From the NCBI GenBank assembly GCA_965228475.1, contig OZ245817.1, positions 4,608,001-4,672,000 of the forward strand: DNA of 64,000 nucleotides, in the 5' to 3' direction. Numbering within the stretch: the stretch's first letter is position 1; every line of letters begins with the position of its first letter. The notes under the pieces are model-generated. The model had not been told where the DNA came from. It did not search any database and worked only from the letters and a program-made list of their open reading frames with translations. The DNA comes from Myxococcota bacterium (GTDB lineage: Bacteria > Myxococcota_A > UBA9160 > JAFDDA01). A program made the position numbers and the translations under genes. This document shows, one piece after another, positions 1-10,200 of this stretch.

Positions 1-213
1 ACGCAGGGCGATCATGATCCCGTTGCCCACGGTTTGAGGGTTCCCATCGTGGGGCCGGACGACGGCGATGCACGGCTCGTCGAGGGATTTTCCGAAGAGA
101 ATGAACCCGTCGATCTCCATCAAGCGCTTGGCGCCGAGCGAGCCGAGCAGGGAGTCATAGAAGGCGACGCTCTTCTCGAGATCCTTCGCGCCCACGGTCA
201 CATATCCGATCAC
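1..213 (-). CDS. VOC/glyoxalase family protein (N-terminal part; runs off window start)
   Basis: Not in ORF track. Manual translation from GTG at 213 gives MIGYVTVGAKDLEKSVAFYDSLLGSLGAKRLM...PHDGNPQTVGNGIMIALR, a typical VOC N-terminus; GGGAGG SD upstream. Confidence 0.85.
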   Translation of the reverse strand, partial: MIGYVTVGAKDLEKSVAFYDSLLGSLGAKRLMEIDGFILFGKSLDEPCIAVVRPHDGNPQTVGNGIMIALR

Positions 214-263
214 TTCGATCCCTCCCGGGCCGCCTGGCCCAAGAACGAAGTCTATCAGGCTCT

Positions 264-719
264 CTAGCGTGGGGGCGGTACGAGGACGAGGGGCACGACG
301 GCGCGGCCTCCCGGAAAGCCTTCACCGTCGGAGACGTCGGGCTCGAAAACGATCAGGTGGCCGAGCTGCGGCTCGTCGACGGAAAAGACGGCTTCGAAGG
401 AGAACGGGCCCGCGCCATCGACGCCACCGCCCGAGGTGTGGCCCGAGGCGACGGTCCGACCTCTTCTGTCCTGAAGCTCCCAGACCACGTTCGACTCGAA
501 GGTCCGGGAGCAGCCGGCCACGCGAAGCGGGCTCGTGGCTCGCACGCCGGGAGTCGGCTCGGCGACGAGAACGAAGGCAGACTCGGCCAGGACGGGGTCG
601 AGCGGATCGCATGGGGCCTGCGGTTCAGAGCAGGCCACCAGTACGACGCAGAGAGTCGCAGCGGCTCGACACGATCGGCCGGATCTGCACGACGAAGCTG
701 ATCGATTGGGCGCTGACAC
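264..719 (-). CDS. Gmad2-type Ig-like domain lipoprotein
   Basis: Lipobox-like VLVAC, then PLRVAGCSRTFESNVVWEL...G typical of Gmad2 domains. Start uncertain; GTG overlapping the upstream stop was chosen. Confidence 0.6.
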   Translation of the reverse strand: MSAPNRSASSCRSGRSCRAAATLCVVLVACSEPQAPCDPLDPVLAESAFVLVAEPTPGVRATSPLRVAGCSRTFESNVVWELQDRRGRTVASGHTSGGGVDGAGPFSFEAVFSVDEPQLGHLIVFEPDVSDGEGFPGGRAVVPLVLVPPPR

Positions 720-1045
720 TACCACCGACGATGCGACCGGATCCGCCTGGAGTCTGCCTCCGGACCGGAGAGAGACTCCTCCCATCGCATGAGCAGACAA
801 CCGGCCAACCAGAAAGCGGAAAGGAGAACCAAGGGCCAATCGAGAGGCTTGGCGGACTGGAACGGCGAGGCAAGCGCGAGCATCAGGCAAGCCAGGGCCG
901 TCGCCGGATGCCAGGTGACGCGCCCATAGCGGTCAGAGACCCGCTTGAACCTCGGGAACCGTTCGAACAGCTGGGGTGAAACGAGCATGAACAGGGTCAT
1001 GCCGATCAGGACCAGGAAGATGAGGATGGCATCCGTTCCACTCAA
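719..1045 (-). CDS. hypothetical membrane protein (about 3 TM)
   Basis: 108-aa ORF with three hydrophobic segments, co-oriented with neighbours. Confidence 0.55.
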   Translation of the reverse strand: MSGTDAILIFLVLIGMTLFMLVSPQLFERFPRFKRVSDRYGRVTWHPATALACLMLALASPFQSAKPLDWPLVLLSAFWLAGCLLMRWEESLSGPEADSRRIRSHRRW

Positions 1046-1065
1046 CCGGATCCCTTCTGCGCGGC

Positions 1066-2008
1066 TCAGCCTCCAAGCTCTTCGCCACCGCTCGACATCG
1101 GGCGTCGCTCGATTCTACCACGCAGCGTCCCGCGGACGTCTCGCGCTGGCGCTTGGTCCAAGGACTCGGCCTGGCTTCTCCAGATCTCGCGTGCCAGGCG
1201 AATGTCGCGAAGGCACGACTCATCGAAACGCGTCGGCAGCTCGGCGGTGAACGCCCCGCGAAGGAGGTTGCGAAGGACGCTTCGCCAGTCGGGCTGGACC
1301 ATGACACACGTCGGGTTCGTGCAATGGGGAGACTCGGGTTGCTTGTGCGCGGGGTTCCAGACGAGCCCGGGGAAGTGCCCCGCTTCGTGGACGAGGGTAG
1401 ACGTCTCGATCTGCTCTTCGCCGATCCAGAGCACCTCACTCTGGCGAACGTTTTCCTTGAAGACGAAGATCGTCGACAGGTGATCCTTGCGGACCTGACC
1501 ATCGGTAGCGCTCAGCAGAAAAGGAAGGTTTGCGAAGAGCCCGAAGAGATCCGGGTGATCCTTCGGCGCATCCGGCAGATAGATCAAATAGAGTCGCATC
1601 TCCCGGGATCGACGATTCGAAAGAGCGTCCACACGGTCTTGCAGCAACTCCTGCGTGGACAATGCGAACTCCAGCCCGCTCAACGTTTCCCACTCGCTCG
1701 CGGGAATCTCGTCGTCGAGCCGGATGGAGACACCGAACCCTTTGGGCGCCACCTCAGCGAGGCGACGCTCGAGCGTGCGAAGCGCCGCCGCATTCGGTCC
1801 ATGCCCCCTCGACCCAATCAATCTCGATGACCAACTCGTCGAACGCATCGCGGGTCAGGAAATCTCGGTTCATGCCCGTAGCGAGGACGAGCGACTCGTC
1901 GAAGTCCGACGGGAGCGGACCGCGTGGGTACCGCAAGATCGCGGTACAGCCGATCAGGAAGACCGCCAAGAAAGCCCCGAAGGCCCGGAGGCGAGACGCT
2001 GCCATCAT
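1066..2008 (-). pseudogene. zinc metalloprotease lipoprotein, split by +1 frameshift in a G5 run (1804-1808)
   Basis: ORF 1754..2008 has a lipoprotein signal (FLIGC) and reads ...LVIEIDWVEG. Removing one G joins it to HGPNAAALRTLERRL... of ORF 1066..1848, which carries HEAGHxxGLV and HCxNxxCVM. Confidence 0.7.
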
Positions 2009-2143
2009 TGTGAAGGGCGAAGTTCGGACATCGGCCCCGGAACCCTATCACGACACCGATCAAGAAATCGCTCCGCACCCGCGATTGCCCTCGTCGAATC
2101 GACGCATGCGATACGCTGCCAGCCCACTCGAGAGGAGCCTGAC

Positions 2144-2545
2144 GTGGCTGAAACAATCTTTGCGATCTCGGACTTTGCGGAGCTGTACGCGCTCCACAAG
2201 ACGATCCTCGAGGCCAAGTTCAGCGAGGCGCCGCTCGAAGAGGAGATCGCTGGCAGCCCCCACGTCGCCGCGGTGGCGAACCGGGTCTTCGACACGCTGA
2301 TCGAACTCGAGCGGGAGGCGCACGGCGAGGAGCGGGCGCAGGCCTGGGAGGACTGGCGGCTCGCGGCACCGAACCGGCGGGAGTGGGTAATCGCCGCGCA
2401 GCGCGTCGACCGGGAGGGCCTGTGGTCAGGATGGAGCGCGGAAGAGAAGCGTGACTTCGCGAAGCGGCTGTTGAGCCCGTTCGTCGTGACCGATGCGCTG
2501 CTCGAGGACTTCATCGCCGAGGTGGACTCGAGCCAGGAGGTCTAG
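2144..2545 (+). CDS. hypothetical protein
   Basis: GTG start with GAGGAG SD; 133-aa protein-like sequence (MAETIFAISDFAELYALHKTILEAKF...). Confidence 0.7.
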   Translation: MAETIFAISDFAELYALHKTILEAKFSEAPLEEEIAGSPHVAAVANRVFDTLIELEREAHGEERAQAWEDWRLAAPNRREWVIAAQRVDREGLWSGWSAEEKRDFAKRLLSPFVVTDALLEDFIAEVDSSQEV

Positions 2546-2874
2546 GGCTCGGTCGCGACGCGGCGCCAGCCGGTCTTCGGATGCCGGACGTAGTGCCAGA
2601 CTTCTGAGACATCGGCCCCACCCGGCGCCGAGTAGTCGATACGTAGGGCGACCGCATCGACCTCGCCCCAGACGGCTTCTGTCGAGAGGAGACGGGCTCC
2701 GGTGATCGCTTCGACGAGGTCGGTTTCGACCTGCGAACGCGGCGGTTCGAGTTCCGCCCCGAAGTGGACCGCGACCAGGAGACCGATTCCGAACAGGCCG
2801 AGGGTGACCAGGACGATCGCGAGAGTTCCACGGCCCGCCGTGCGTTTGCCTGTCGCCTGAATCGGAAGACCCAC
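2542..2874 (-). CDS. hypothetical protein with N-terminal TM anchor
   Basis: C-terminal part of ORF 2542..3162 (LAIVLVTLGLFGIGLLVAVHF...EVWHYVRHPKTGW); start uncertain. Confidence 0.5.
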   Translation of the reverse strand: MGLPIQATGKRTAGRGTLAIVLVTLGLFGIGLLVAVHFGAELEPPRSQVETDLVEAITGARLLSTEAVWGEVDAVALRIDYSAPGGADVSEVWHYVRHPKTGWRRVATEP

Positions 2875-2906
2875 TGCCTGTCTCCGACGATCGACGCCTA
2901 CCGAAG

Positions 2907-3377
2907 CTAGGCCGCGACCGACTTCCAGTACACGATCTTGTCGTCGCCCGGCGCGTAGTAGTCTCGCACGCGCGCCTCCAGCTCGTAGCCGCACGAACCG
3001 TAGAACGAGCGGGTGCGCTCGTAGCGCGGCAGGCTCGACGTCTCGATGAGCAGGATCCGCGCGCCCTCGGCAGCCGCCGCGGCTTCGAAGTGCCGCACGA
3101 GCGCCGCGCCGTGACCCGATCCCTGGTGCTCGGGGTCGATGGCCAGCATGTACAGGTTCCACACGCCGTCGCTGAAGGGCTCCGGCGCGAAGTAGGCAAC
3201 CCCGGTCAGTCCGCCGTCGAAGTAGCCGAGCCAGTGGTGGTCGCTTCCGAGCTCACCGGACAGGTGGGCTTCGAGCATGCCGCGGACTTCGCCGAGCTCG
3301 TCCGGCGCGAACAGGCCACTCGACTCGGCGACGGCCAACACGGCCGGCGCGTCTTTCTCGATGATGGGCTGGATCAT
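2907..3377 (-). CDS. GNAT family N-acetyltransferase
   Basis: Acetyl-CoA motif HQGSGHG, ETSS...RTRSFYGSCGY; ATG overlaps upstream stop. Confidence 0.9.
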   Translation of the reverse strand: MIQPIIEKDAPAVLAVAESSGLFAPDELGEVRGMLEAHLSGELGSDHHWLGYFDGGLTGVAYFAPEPFSDGVWNLYMLAIDPEHQGSGHGAALVRHFEAAAAAEGARILLIETSSLPRYERTRSFYGSCGYELEARVRDYYAPGDDKIVYWKSVAA

Positions 3378-4129
3378 GAGGCCGCGACCCTCTCCGGAGA
3401 CCACACCACGACGTCGATCCGCCGACTGAAGTGCAGAAGCTCCGGCGAGCCGGAGACTTCGATCCCGTACGGCACGAGCATCTCGTTGCGTTCGATCGTC
3501 GCCTCTGCCCTCTGAAGCGGCCACGGCTCGTGGTGAACCTCTGCACGGAACAACCGCCCCTGCGGCGACTGCGCGTAGAGGCAGTACCGCTCCGTGAGCC
3601 AATGCTCGAGCGAGCCGGGAGTACTGAGATAGGGATCGCCACCAGGCGCGTACGAACCCTCGAACGACAGGCCACGCGGGTCCGATCGACGGGTGGAGCG
3701 GTAGCGGACCTGATCCGGGAGGCCTTCGAGCGACATCCGCGCATGGAAGTACGGCAGGTGGAAGAAGCAACGAGCAGCCCATACGGCCACGACGTTCGCG
3801 GCATCGAGGCTCAGGAACCAGACGCCCGGACGTCCCTCGTGCTCGACGTAGAGGCGGACGTTCAACTCCGAGAATGCCGAGAAGTACGGCAGGTCGGGAA
3901 AGGGTCGTCGCATCACGCCCGCCATTCGGAAGGGCACGATGCCGACCCAGGAGGTGCCTTCGAACTCCTGGACCTCGAGCGGTGCGGGAACCAGGTGCTG
4001 AAGCGCCGAAGCCGGCACGGGCCAGTGCGCAAAGAGCAGGTCCCGCCACGACTGGCGCCACGACCAACGGGAAGACGGAACCGGCCAGGGCCGGTGATCG
4101 AGGTGCTCGAGCGAGGGATGCTGCGGCAC
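3374..4129 (-). CDS. DUF2071 (YqjF-like) protein
   Basis: WRQSWRDLLFAHWPV, ELNVRLYV, GVWFLSLDA, LTERYCLY, HHEPWPL motifs. Confidence 0.9.
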   Translation of the reverse strand: MPQHPSLEHLDHRPWPVPSSRWSWRQSWRDLLFAHWPVPASALQHLVPAPLEVQEFEGTSWVGIVPFRMAGVMRRPFPDLPYFSAFSELNVRLYVEHEGRPGVWFLSLDAANVVAVWAARCFFHLPYFHARMSLEGLPDQVRYRSTRRSDPRGLSFEGSYAPGGDPYLSTPGSLEHWLTERYCLYAQSPQGRLFRAEVHHEPWPLQRAEATIERNEMLVPYGIEVSGSPELLHFSRRIDVVVWSPERVAAS

Positions 4130-4262
4130 TAGGCGTTGGCTCCCGCCGGGTCAGGCGTCCGGTTCGTGCACATGGGCTGACCACGGAAGAAGGGTACCCG
4201 TGACCTTTCTCCCGTGTCGAAGGGTTCGTTCTTTCCAGCGGGCGAGGCCGTCACCGACGTCA

Positions 4263-5207
4263 TCAGGCCACCAGCAGCCGGGCGAAGTAGAGCGCGAAGG
4301 CCGCGAGCAGGACGCCGCCCTCGATCCTTCCGAGTCGGCGGCGGGCGACGATGAGCCCCATCACGACGCAGGCGAAGCCGATCATCGTTCCGAGGTCGAT
4401 CCACGTGATGTTGCCGATCGCCAGCGGGTCGACCAGCGCCGTGATCCCCAGGATGCCGAGGATGTTGAAGAGGTTGCTTCCCACGACGTTGCCGATCGCG
4501 ATGTCCCCCTGGCCGCGGACCGAAGCCACGACCGTGGTCGCGAGCTCGGGGACGCTGGTTCCGATCGCGACGACGGTGAGCCCGATCGCCGCCTGACCGA
4601 CTCCCAGCGAAGAGGCGAGGTCGACGGCGGCGCGAACCAGAACGTGTCCTCCGGCGACGAGCAGGGCGAAGCCCGCGAACGCAACGAGGCCGCCCCGCCA
4701 AGCGCCTTCCGCCGGCTCGGGCGCCGCGGAGGCGAGCTCTTCGCGAACCTCCGGGGCCTCCCGCCCTGCCTCCCAGAAGGTGAACACCACGTAGGCGGCC
4801 AACGCCGCTACCAGGAGCCCCCCTTCCGCGCGGGACGCCGTGCCATCCGCCAGGATGAGCAGGAGAGCGAACGACGCGGCGATCATGAGGGGCGCGTCGA
4901 AGCGGACGATCTTGGACTGGACCACCGCGGGGCACAGGAGCACGGCCAGGCCGAGGATCAACCCGAGGTTCGCGATGTTCGAGCCGACGACGTTTCCGAC
5001 GGCGATGTCGTTCGCTCCGGACAGCGCGGCGTCGAGCGAAACGACGAGCTCCGGCGCGCTGGTCCCGAAGGCGACCACGGTCAACCCGATGGCGAGCGGC
5101 GAGACGCCCCAGCGGGCCGCCAGCGCCGAAGCGCCTCGAACCAACCATTCACCGCCGAAGTAGAGCAGGGCCAGGGCCGCGATGACTTGAACGATCGATC
5201 CGACCAC
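4263..5207 (-). CDS. calcium/sodium antiporter (CaCA, YrbG-like)
   Basis: Duplicated alpha repeats GTSAPEL/GTSVPEL and GNVVGSN; about 10 TM. Confidence 0.95.
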   Translation of the reverse strand: MVGSIVQVIAALALLYFGGEWLVRGASALAARWGVSPLAIGLTVVAFGTSAPELVVSLDAALSGANDIAVGNVVGSNIANLGLILGLAVLLCPAVVQSKIVRFDAPLMIAASFALLLILADGTASRAEGGLLVAALAAYVVFTFWEAGREAPEVREELASAAPEPAEGAWRGGLVAFAGFALLVAGGHVLVRAAVDLASSLGVGQAAIGLTVVAIGTSVPELATTVVASVRGQGDIAIGNVVGSNLFNILGILGITALVDPLAIGNITWIDLGTMIGFACVVMGLIVARRRLGRIEGGVLLAAFALYFARLLVA

Positions 5208-5234
5208 GGAATCTCCCCCTGCCCGTTCGTCGAA

Positions 5235-5810
5235 CTAGAGCCTCGTATCGATCCGGATCGTCACGCCCGTCGCGCCTGCGTCGACGGGGTCCGGCGCGGC
5301 GCCCTGCAGGTCGCCGGGCTCGCGCGAGGTGGCGTTGCCGTCGCCGTCGACCCGTGCGGAGAGCAGCAGCGGGCCTTCGAACGGGATGGACTGGATCATT
5401 CGGTCGCCCGGGCCGATCTCGAAGGGGAGCGGGAACTTCGGGTTGGGGATGCGTTGGACGGCGATGGGCGGGCCGCCGCCGGGCTTGCGGGCGACGAGGA
5501 AGAGGATGGCGTCCGCGGGGACCTGGCCTTCGAGCTCGGGCGTGAGGACCATCGTGCCGGCGATCGGTTCGGCTTCGGCGGCGACGGGGGTCGCGCCGCG
5601 GCCGCCCATGGGCTGGGGCGGGGCGCCGGCCATGGGGCCGCCTTCCTGGGCGCGCTCGCGTTCGGCGACGCGGGCGGCGCCCTCGGGAAAGATCCGCTTC
5701 AAGTCCGGCTGTTCGACCTGTTCGTTCGGGTCGTAGGGCTCGATGGAGCGGTCGCAGCCGGCGAGGAGCAGAGCGCCCGCGGCGAGGAGCAGCACGAAGG
5801 GTTTGCGCAT
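5235..5810 (-). CDS. lipoprotein with CcmI/CcmH C-terminal Ig-like domain
   Basis: Lipobox LLAGC; LFLVARKPGGGPPIAVQR...FPLPFEIGPGDRM...LSARVDGDGNA...PGDLQG. Confidence 0.7.
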   Translation of the reverse strand: MRKPFVLLLAAGALLLAGCDRSIEPYDPNEQVEQPDLKRIFPEGAARVAERERAQEGGPMAGAPPQPMGGRGATPVAAEAEPIAGTMVLTPELEGQVPADAILFLVARKPGGGPPIAVQRIPNPKFPLPFEIGPGDRMIQSIPFEGPLLLSARVDGDGNATSREPGDLQGAAPDPVDAGATGVTIRIDTRL

Positions 5811-5856
5811 GGTCGGACGGTAGCAGCCCGGCACCCGGGCGACCGAACCTGGCCGG

Positions 5857-7032
5857 CTAGAGGCCGGTGCGGTCGATGCGGCGGGCGAGGTCTTCGAGGA
5901 GGTCGAGCTGGGTATCGAGGGCGGCGCGATCGATGCGCTCGATGCCATCGGCCGCGGAGTGGAGTCCGGAAGGGGTGCCCTGGCCGATGCGGTGACTCGC
6001 CAGGGTGACGGCGGGGATGCCGGCGGCGAGGAACTCGCGTGAATCGGTCACGGCGCCGCCGAAACGCTCGAGCGGGAAGCCGCGGCGCTCGCGCTGGGTC
6101 TCGTCGGCGAGGGCCACGAGCCGCGGGGAGGCGTCGTGGCTCCCGAACACGAAGTGCTCCTCGGCGACGTACCCGAGATCCGGCGCCGCGCCGATCAGCT
6201 CGAGATTCACCACGGCCGCCGGAACCTCCGCGGCCGCCACGCGCGGCGCGTACGCCCGCGCACCTTGGGTCGCGACCTCCTCTCCCGATAGGAACAGCAG
6301 CTCGACCTCCGTGCGCGCGAGCGGCGCCGCGGCCAGCCGCTCGCCGAGCTTCAAGATCAGGGCACACGCGGCGCCGTCGTCGAGCGCGCCCGGGCTCGGC
6401 CGCGGATGGAACGCACCCCCCGTGAGCGTCGCGAAGGTCAGCAGCCCGTACGCCCCCGCCGCGAAGGGCGCCGAGGCGACGACGAACCGCCGCACCCCCT
6501 CCCCTCGCCGCGGCCGCGCTGCCAACGCGCCGAGCCCCGCAGCCACGAGCATCCACACCACCATCGGCACCGAAGCGCCCTCGACCCAGCGCCGCTCGCG
6601 GTGATCGAAGAGATCCGTCTTGCTGTCGTAGTGCGCGGAGAGGATCAGGCGCTGCTCCACCGCCCCGGCCGGCGCCACGCGCGCCACGACGTTGACCTGC
6701 TCCTCGGACTCGATCACCGAGTAGAGGGGCCGGACCTCGGTATCCACCACGATCAGGAGCGGCGCGGCGAGCGCCACAAAGGCCGCCAGGCCGAAGCGAC
6801 GCTCGCGCATCGCGCGCGCATAGAAGAGGCAGCCGAGCAGGGCGACGATGCCCGCGAGCCGCAGCGCCTGGGGCCGCGCCAGGTACGCCACGGCCTCGGG
6901 CGCGAGACCCATGCCGGCGAGCGCGTCCATCAGGCGGTCGGCGGTCTCGGCGAGAGCATGGCTGCCGTTCTCGCGCGGTACCGTGAGCCACGGCAGCAGT
7001 TCGTCCCAACCGTTTTCCATGGGAGGCGGCAT
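5857..7032 (-). CDS. M28 family metallopeptidase with membrane segments
   Basis: LSAHYDSK, GALDDGAA, SGEE, TDS, LHSAADG zinc-ligand motifs plus TM hairpins. Confidence 0.85.
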   Translation of the reverse strand: MPPPMENGWDELLPWLTVPRENGSHALAETADRLMDALAGMGLAPEAVAYLARPQALRLAGIVALLGCLFYARAMRERRFGLAAFVALAAPLLIVVDTEVRPLYSVIESEEQVNVVARVAPAGAVEQRLILSAHYDSKTDLFDHRERRWVEGASVPMVVWMLVAAGLGALAARPRRGEGVRRFVVASAPFAAGAYGLLTFATLTGGAFHPRPSPGALDDGAACALILKLGERLAAAPLARTEVELLFLSGEEVATQGARAYAPRVAAAEVPAAVVNLELIGAAPDLGYVAEEHFVFGSHDASPRLVALADETQRERRGFPLERFGGAVTDSREFLAAGIPAVTLASHRIGQGTPSGLHSAADGIERIDRAALDTQLDLLEDLARRIDRTGL

Positions 7033-7046
7033 GGTAGCATCGCGCC

Positions 7047-7985
7047 ATGCGGCCCTTTCTCCTCGCGACGTGCCTGCTCTTCCTCGCTGCTCCCACCCAC
7101 GCGGACGCTCCGGCCGGCGACGGCTCCACGCCGCAGTCCGCGGTGCTCGCGGACCTCCCGTTCCTCGAAGACGCACCCCGCGGCCGGATCGCCGTCGACC
7201 TCGCCGCCGAAGGGAACCCGCCGCTCGCGCTCATCGTCGATACCGGCGCTTCGGTCTCGCGCGCGACGCCGCGCGCGGCCGTGAAGCTCGGCCTGCCTGG
7301 CGAACGCGGCCCGGCCGAGGCACCGACCCTTCTAGGCCGGCCCATCACGATCCACGTCGACGGGCCCGGACGCAACGCTTCCGCCGGCGCGGAGCCGACG
7401 GCGCTCGGCGGCGATTTCCTTTCGGCCTACGTCCTCGAGTTCGACTTCGCCGAGCGCCGGCTGCGCTTCCTCGACCCGGAGCGCTTCGAGGTCCCGGCCG
7501 CCGCGAAGAAGAAGGGCGAAGCCGTCCTACCCATAGGGCTCGAAGCGAACCGCCCGAGCCTCGGAGCCACGGTGCAGGGCAAGCCCACCCGCCTGTGGGT
7601 CGATACCGGCTCGCCGCTCCCGGTGATCCTCTCGCAGACCACCGCCGATGCCGTCGGCCCGCTCGATGCGCTGAGCGACCTCCGCGGCGCCGGCGTGCAC
7701 CAGCGCGTGAAGGTGCAACTCCGCTGGCTCGACTCCCTCGCCCTCGGCGGCTTCGCCTTCGACGGCCTCCCCGCGATGGTCCTCCACGACGGCTGGAACC
7801 GGGAGCCGGTGGGCGATTCCGTCGTCGGCGTCGAGCTGCTCTCGGAGTTCAAGGTCCGCATCGACTACCCACGCAAGCGGATCTGGCTCGCCCGGCGCCC
7901 GAGCCCGCCGCGGGCCTTCAACGGCGTTCCCTACGTGAACCGCGCCGACCTCATCGCGAAGATGTTCCGCGGCGCCAAACCCTGA
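7047..7985 (+). CDS. secreted aspartyl protease (two retropepsin-like domains)
   Basis: Signal peptide; two DTG motifs (IVDTGAS, WVDTGS), each followed later by a G-x-D/E-hydrophobic-L segment (LGGDFL, VGVELL). Confidence 0.85.
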   Translation: MRPFLLATCLLFLAAPTHADAPAGDGSTPQSAVLADLPFLEDAPRGRIAVDLAAEGNPPLALIVDTGASVSRATPRAAVKLGLPGERGPAEAPTLLGRPITIHVDGPGRNASAGAEPTALGGDFLSAYVLEFDFAERRLRFLDPERFEVPAAAKKKGEAVLPIGLEANRPSLGATVQGKPTRLWVDTGSPLPVILSQTTADAVGPLDALSDLRGAGVHQRVKVQLRWLDSLALGGFAFDGLPAMVLHDGWNREPVGDSVVGVELLSEFKVRIDYPRKRIWLARRPSPPRAFNGVPYVNRADLIAKMFRGAKP

Positions 7986-8082
7986 CCCGGGGGACGTTCC
8001 TTCCTGGCGCTCGGCGAGGCGCCCTGCCCCATCAGGTGTCGCCGACGGCGCGCGCGCCTGTTAGGCTCGAAGCGTTTGCGGT

Positions 8083-8187
8083 GCCTAGGGGTGGAGGTCG
8101 CACGGCGCGGTCCTCCTGAGATCAGACCCTTCGAACCTGAACTCGGCTCGGCAGCTCTCCGGAGCGCCGGGCGAGCGTAGGAAAGGC
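8083..8187 (+). promoter_or_regulatory. TPP (THI-box) riboswitch
   Basis: CTAGGGGTG...CTGAGATCAGACCCTTCGAACCTGA...AGCGTAGGAAAGG with P1 GCCT/AGGC, about 60 nt upstream of thiC. Confidence 0.9.
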
Positions 8188-8248
8188 CTGACCCGCTCGA
8201 AGCCAGCTGAACCTGGCCCCCCTCGGTGCTCCTCCAGAGGAGTCCGAC

Positions 8249-10018
8249 ATGACGACAGAGCGCGAGCTGAACCCCGACGAGCCGAACGGCCGCGGGCGAT
8301 TCCACCGGCCGACGGCCGGCCACAACCCTTCAAGCGTCGCCGCCGGCACGAACCCCGGAAGCTTCGCCAGTGCGCCCGGCGTGGGCACCCCCTGGGCCTT
8401 CGCCTCGCCGGACACGCCCGGCATGCCCGCCCCCTCGGACAAGACGGCCTGGGACTTCATGCCCGCCGACTGGACCCGGGAAGAGGACGGCACCTGGACC
8501 CCGCCCGAAGGCTTCACCCCCGTGACGCAGCTCGAGCACGCCCGCGTCGGCAGCGTGACGCCGGAGATGACGCGCGTCGCCGAGCGCGAAGGGCACCTGA
8601 CGCCCGAGCAGGTGCGCCGTGAAGTCGCCGCCGGCCGCATGGTCATCCCCGCGAACAAGGTCCACCTCGGCCACGCCCTCGACCCGATGGCCATCGGCCG
8701 CGCGAGCAAGACCAAGATCAACGCCAACATGGGCGCATCGCCCGTCTCGAGCTCGACGGACGAAGAGGTCGAGAAGCTCCACTGGGCCGAGCGCTGGGGC
8801 GCGGACACGGTCATGGACCTCTCGACCGGCGGCCCCATCGACGCGACGCGCGAGGCCATCGTCAAGAACGCGAGCGTCCCGATCGGCACGGTGCCGATCT
8901 ACTCGATGATCCTCGGCCGCAAGATCGAGGATTTGACGCGCGAGCACATCCTCGAAGGGATCGAGCACCAGGCGCGTCAAGGCGTCGACTACATGACGGT
9001 CCACGCAGGCGTGCTGCGCGAGCACCTGCCCCTGGTCCAGAAGCGGCTCATCGGCATCGTCTCCCGCGGCGGCTCGCTGCTCGCCAAGTGGATGATCCAC
9101 CACGGGAAACAGAACCCGATGTACGAGCACTGGGAGGACATCTGCGCCGTCCTCCGGCGCTACGACGTGACCTTCTCGATCGGCGACGGGCTCCGCCCGG
9201 GCGGCCTGGCCGACGCTACCGATGACGCACAGCTCGCGGAGCTCGCGACGCTCGGCGAACTGTGCGAGCGCGCCTGGCGCTGCGGCGTGCAGGTCATGAT
9301 CGAGGGCCCGGGCCACGTGCCCTTCGATCAGATCGAGTACAACATGAAGCTCCAGCGCACGCTGTGCCACGGCGCGCCCTTCTACGTGCTCGGCCCGCTC
9401 GTGACCGACATCTTCCCGGGCTACGACCACATCACGAGCGGCATCGGCGCCACCGCCGCCGCCTACCACGGCGCGAGCATGCTCTGCTACGTGACGCCGA
9501 AGGAGCACCTCGGGCTCCCGAAGCGCGAGGACGTGAAGCAGGGCTGCATCGCCTACAAGATCGCGGCCCACGCCGCGGACGTAGCGCTCGGCATCCCGGG
9601 CACCCGGGACCGGGACGACGAGCTCACGAAAGCCCGCGCGGCCCTCAACTGGGAGAAGCACTTCGAGCTCAGCTTCGACCCCGACACCGCCCGCGCCTTC
9701 CACGACGAGGATCTCGACGTCGACACGGATTTCTGCGCGATGTGCGGACACGATTGGTGCTCGGTGCGCATCAGTAAGGAGATCACCGAGTTCATGAGCG
9801 GGAAGGACGAGGCGTACACCTGGCAGAAGCCCCAGGTCTCGGCCGCGCTCAGCGAGGAGCAGCGTGAGATTCTCGAGAAGCGCGGCGTGCTCAGCCCCGA
9901 GGAGATCCACCGGCTCGCGAACAAGACGCGCGAGCAGGTCGGGGCGGACCGTGGCGAAAAGGCCGCATGCCACAGCGACGTGGCGGAGGCCGACGAGGCG
10001 CGCGAACTCCAGGCCTAG
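8249..10018 (+). CDS. thiC: phosphomethylpyrimidine synthase
   Basis: [39 protein letters not shown]-terminal [17 protein letters not shown]. Confidence 0.97.
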   Translation: MTTERELNPDEPNGRGRFHRPTAGHNPSSVAAGTNPGSFASAPGVGTPWAFASPDTPGMPAPSDKTAWDFMPADWTREEDGTWTPPEGFTPVTQLEHARVGSVTPEMTRVAEREGHLTPEQVRREVAAGRMVIPANKVHLGHALDPMAIGRASKTKINANMGASPVSSSTDEEVEKLHWAERWGADTVMDLSTGGPIDATREAIVKNASVPIGTVPIYSMILGRKIEDLTREHILEGIEHQARQGVDYMTVHAGVLREHLPLVQKRLIGIVSRGGSLLAKWMIHHGKQNPMYEHWEDICAVLRRYDVTFSIGDGLRPGGLADATDDAQLAELATLGELCERAWRCGVQVMIEGPGHVPFDQIEYNMKLQRTLCHGAPFYVLGPLVTDIFPGYDHITSGIGATAAAYHGASMLCYVTPKEHLGLPKREDVKQGCIAYKIAAHAADVALGIPGTRDRDDELTKARAALNWEKHFELSFDPDTARAFHDEDLDVDTDFCAMCGHDWCSVRISKEITEFMSGKDEAYTWQKPQVSAALSEEQREILEKRGVLSPEEIHRLANKTREQVGADRGEKAACHSDVAEADEARELQA

Positions 10019-10200
10019 CGTGGGAGCCCCGGGCGAGCGGTTCTGGGCCGGCCCCCAGAACGAGAATCGCCCCGGGATCCGAAGATCCCGAGGCGTTCGT
10101 TCCGAGCTTTGCCCCCCCCTGGCTCGACCCGGACCGATGTTCATTGGTTCGGAATCCGGTGCGCGCGCTTGAGTCTTTTTTGCCTAGGGAGTGCTTTTCC

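Noticed and set aside
34..267. Plus-strand 77-aa ORF at window start
   Set aside because: Antisense to a convincing VOC-family gene on the minus strand.
8330..10144. Long antisense/alternative-frame ORFs (e.g. 8330..10144 -, 24425..27463 +, 20593..23778 -, 43637..46288 -, 59137..62124 -)
   Set aside because: Shadow ORFs expected in high-GC DNA; they overlap well-supported genes and have Arg/Ala/Gly-rich, motif-free translations.
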